Source: Octopus sinensis
Lineage: Eukaryota
Reading direction: 5' to 3'
NCBI RefSeq assembly: GCF_006345805.1
Contig: NC_043008.1
Coordinates: 78,182,001-78,246,000 of the forward strand
DNA: 64,000 nucleotides
Below, piece after piece: positions 62,021 through 64,000 of this stretch. The notes beneath the pieces were generated by a model. The model was given only the letters and a program-made list of their open reading frames with translations. It did not search any database and was not told the origin of the DNA. The number at the start of each line of letters is the position of its first letter. Positions within the stretch are counted from its first letter, which is position 1. Made by a program: the position numbers and the translations under genes.

Positions 62021-64000
62021 ATTATTATTATTATTCTGTTTGACTTTTGCTTTATGTCTGTACAAGTTGGCTCCAAGTCTCACCCAGAGACCTCAAGAGA
62101 AAACAAGTTGGCCTAGGGTGCCATATATATGGTTTTGTACATAGTGTTGTTAAGAGAATGCTTAAGAAACCATAAGAAAATTATGTTTGTGAATGTCTAA
62201 TACATAAAAATAAAATTTAAAAAAGAAAATTAATAAATGAATTTAAAAAAAGTTTGTTTTAAACCTTGGGATTACATAGAGAGTATTTTGCGTAGGATAT
62301 GAGCAGTTCCCATGAGCACTATCTTTTGAATTTCTGCCATTTTTGGGGTTTCCTGGTATCTGAGTTAGGTAGCAATCAGTCCCTTTCGCTATCATTCCCA
62401 GGGCACCTATGACAACAGGTATTGTTTTAGTCTTCAGCTTCCACATTTTGCTGATTTCTATTTCAAGATCTTTATATTCGCTCAGTTTTTGGTAGGTCTT
62501 GACAGATACGTTTATATCGATTGGGACAGTCATATTAATGAGGAGGCATGTTCTTTGTCTGAACTCTTTCAATATGATGTCTGGCCTATTTGCATCTATC
62601 TTCCTGTCAGTTTGAATGGTGAGGTTCCAGAGGAGTGAGATGTGGTCATTTTCAAGCACTGGAGGTGGATTGTGTTCCCACCAGTTTTTTTTTATGGGGC
62701 AAATCCAGGTTTTTGCAAATTGCCCAGTGAATATATTGTGCAGCTCTATCATGCCTGTTGAGGTACTCTGTAGGCGCTAGAAGACTGCATTTGGAGACAA
62801 CATGATCAATGGCTTCATTTTGTTGTCGGCATACACGACATGTTGGGCTACTGCCGTTATTTAATATGTTGGCCTGGTAGTTTCTTGTTGTTAGGCATTG
62901 ATCTTGAGCTGCTATGATAAACCCCTCTGTTTCAGATTTTAAGCCAGAGGCCATTAGCCATTGATGGGTCAGGGCTTTGTCGATATCTGCATTATTCGCT
63001 CTCTTTGGGTATTTGCCATAGAGAGGTTTTTCTTGCCATTTATTATTCAGAATATCTAAGGCCGCAGTTTTGGCACGGGTTTTCATGCGCCTAGCTTTTT
63101 CTGTGTTTGTTTCTTGTGTGTCTATCTCTAATTCCGAAATTGGTTGTATTCGGAATTCACTTAGATATTCCTTTGCCTGTTTTGTGACTGAGTATGATGC
63201 TTTCTTGTTTTCATGTTTTGAGACAAGTTTTAACATCCAGTCCTCAGAGTTTTTCAGGTAGGTATCTAGGCCAATTGTAGCAACTTCATTGTTATTGCCA
63301 GTTGCAAAAGACCACGGTCTCCCTCTTTTCTTGGCAGATAGAGTCGTTCTATATCTGCCTTAGGGTGGTGCATTCTATGCATTGTCAACAGTTTCCTTAT
63401 ATTTCTGTCGAGCTGACATATTTCAGTAATTGACCAGTTAACAATATTGAAACTGTAGGTCACGACTGGTATGGCTAATGCATTGATCGCTTCGATCCTG
63501 TTTCTTGCATTCAGCTCTGTCTTGAGTATTGCTCTCACTCTTCGATAGCATTCTCTCCTGATCCTTTCCTTCATCTCTGAATGCCTTATTCCGTTCCCTT
63601 CAATTACCCCTAGGTACTTGTAGCTCTCCGCTGGGTCTAGTTCAGTTTAGACATTCTGCTGGTCAAGGTTAACGTTAGATGTTTCTGTCATTTTTCCTTT
63701 GATAAAGGTAGCCTTTGCACATTTATCGAGGCCGAATTGCATTCTGATGTCGTCACTGAATTGTTTGACTATCGCTAGTAAGCCCTTGGGTTGTTGGTCA
63801 TTTTTTGCAAAGAGCGTTAAATCATCCATGTAAATGAGATGATTTATATTTTCATCAAACATTTTATACCCGTACTGCGCGTCATTGAGCAGTTTTGAGA
63901 GAGGTATTAAGGATAAACAAAAGAGGAGTGGTGACAGTGAGTCACCCTGGAAAATGCCACACGAAATTTTTACATCACCAGCATTTAGGGATTCATTGTC
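62020..64000 (-). mobile_element. R4/Dong-like non-LTR retrotransposon 3' half with an (AAT)n tail, running off the window
   Basis: HLIYMDDL (63821-63832), YKYLG, IAAQDQCLTTRNY, CRVC..EAIDHVVSKC, RPDII..KLSEYKDL; a few frameshifts; 3' UTR ends in AATAATAATAAT at ~62020-62035. Confidence 0.93.

Overview
AT-rich, repeat-dense eukaryotic DNA. The SINE and LINE families plus the very dense (AT)n/(AC)n/(AAT)n microsatellites resemble an octopus or other coleoid cephalopod genome; this is recognition from memory, not a search result. I could not identify a host protein-coding gene with confidence, and most ORF-track entries are microsatellite read-throughs or decayed transposon frames. The window is a nested mosaic of non-LTR retrotransposons (R4/Dong-like x3, RTE x3, L1/Tx1-like x2, CR1/L2, CRE), a Gypsy gag-pol relic, a solo LTR, Tc1 and mariner elements, Helitron ends, MITEs and tRNA-derived SINEs. 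It also holds a 3.7-kb array of a palindromic 46-bp minisatellite and a recent ~1.4-kb segmental duplication. The most interesting signal is a set of Penelope-like element (PLE) termini carrying minimal type-I hammerhead ribozyme (HHR) folds. One is a 363-bp tandem repeat in which both copies carry the compensatory U3-A8 core (38801-39482), resembling a retrozyme or circRNA unit. Another is a near-perfect 196-bp hairpin with an intact HHR on each strand, present in only one copy of the duplication (25921-26331). A chain of templated inverted insertions links 26.8, 28.1 and 30.0 kb.
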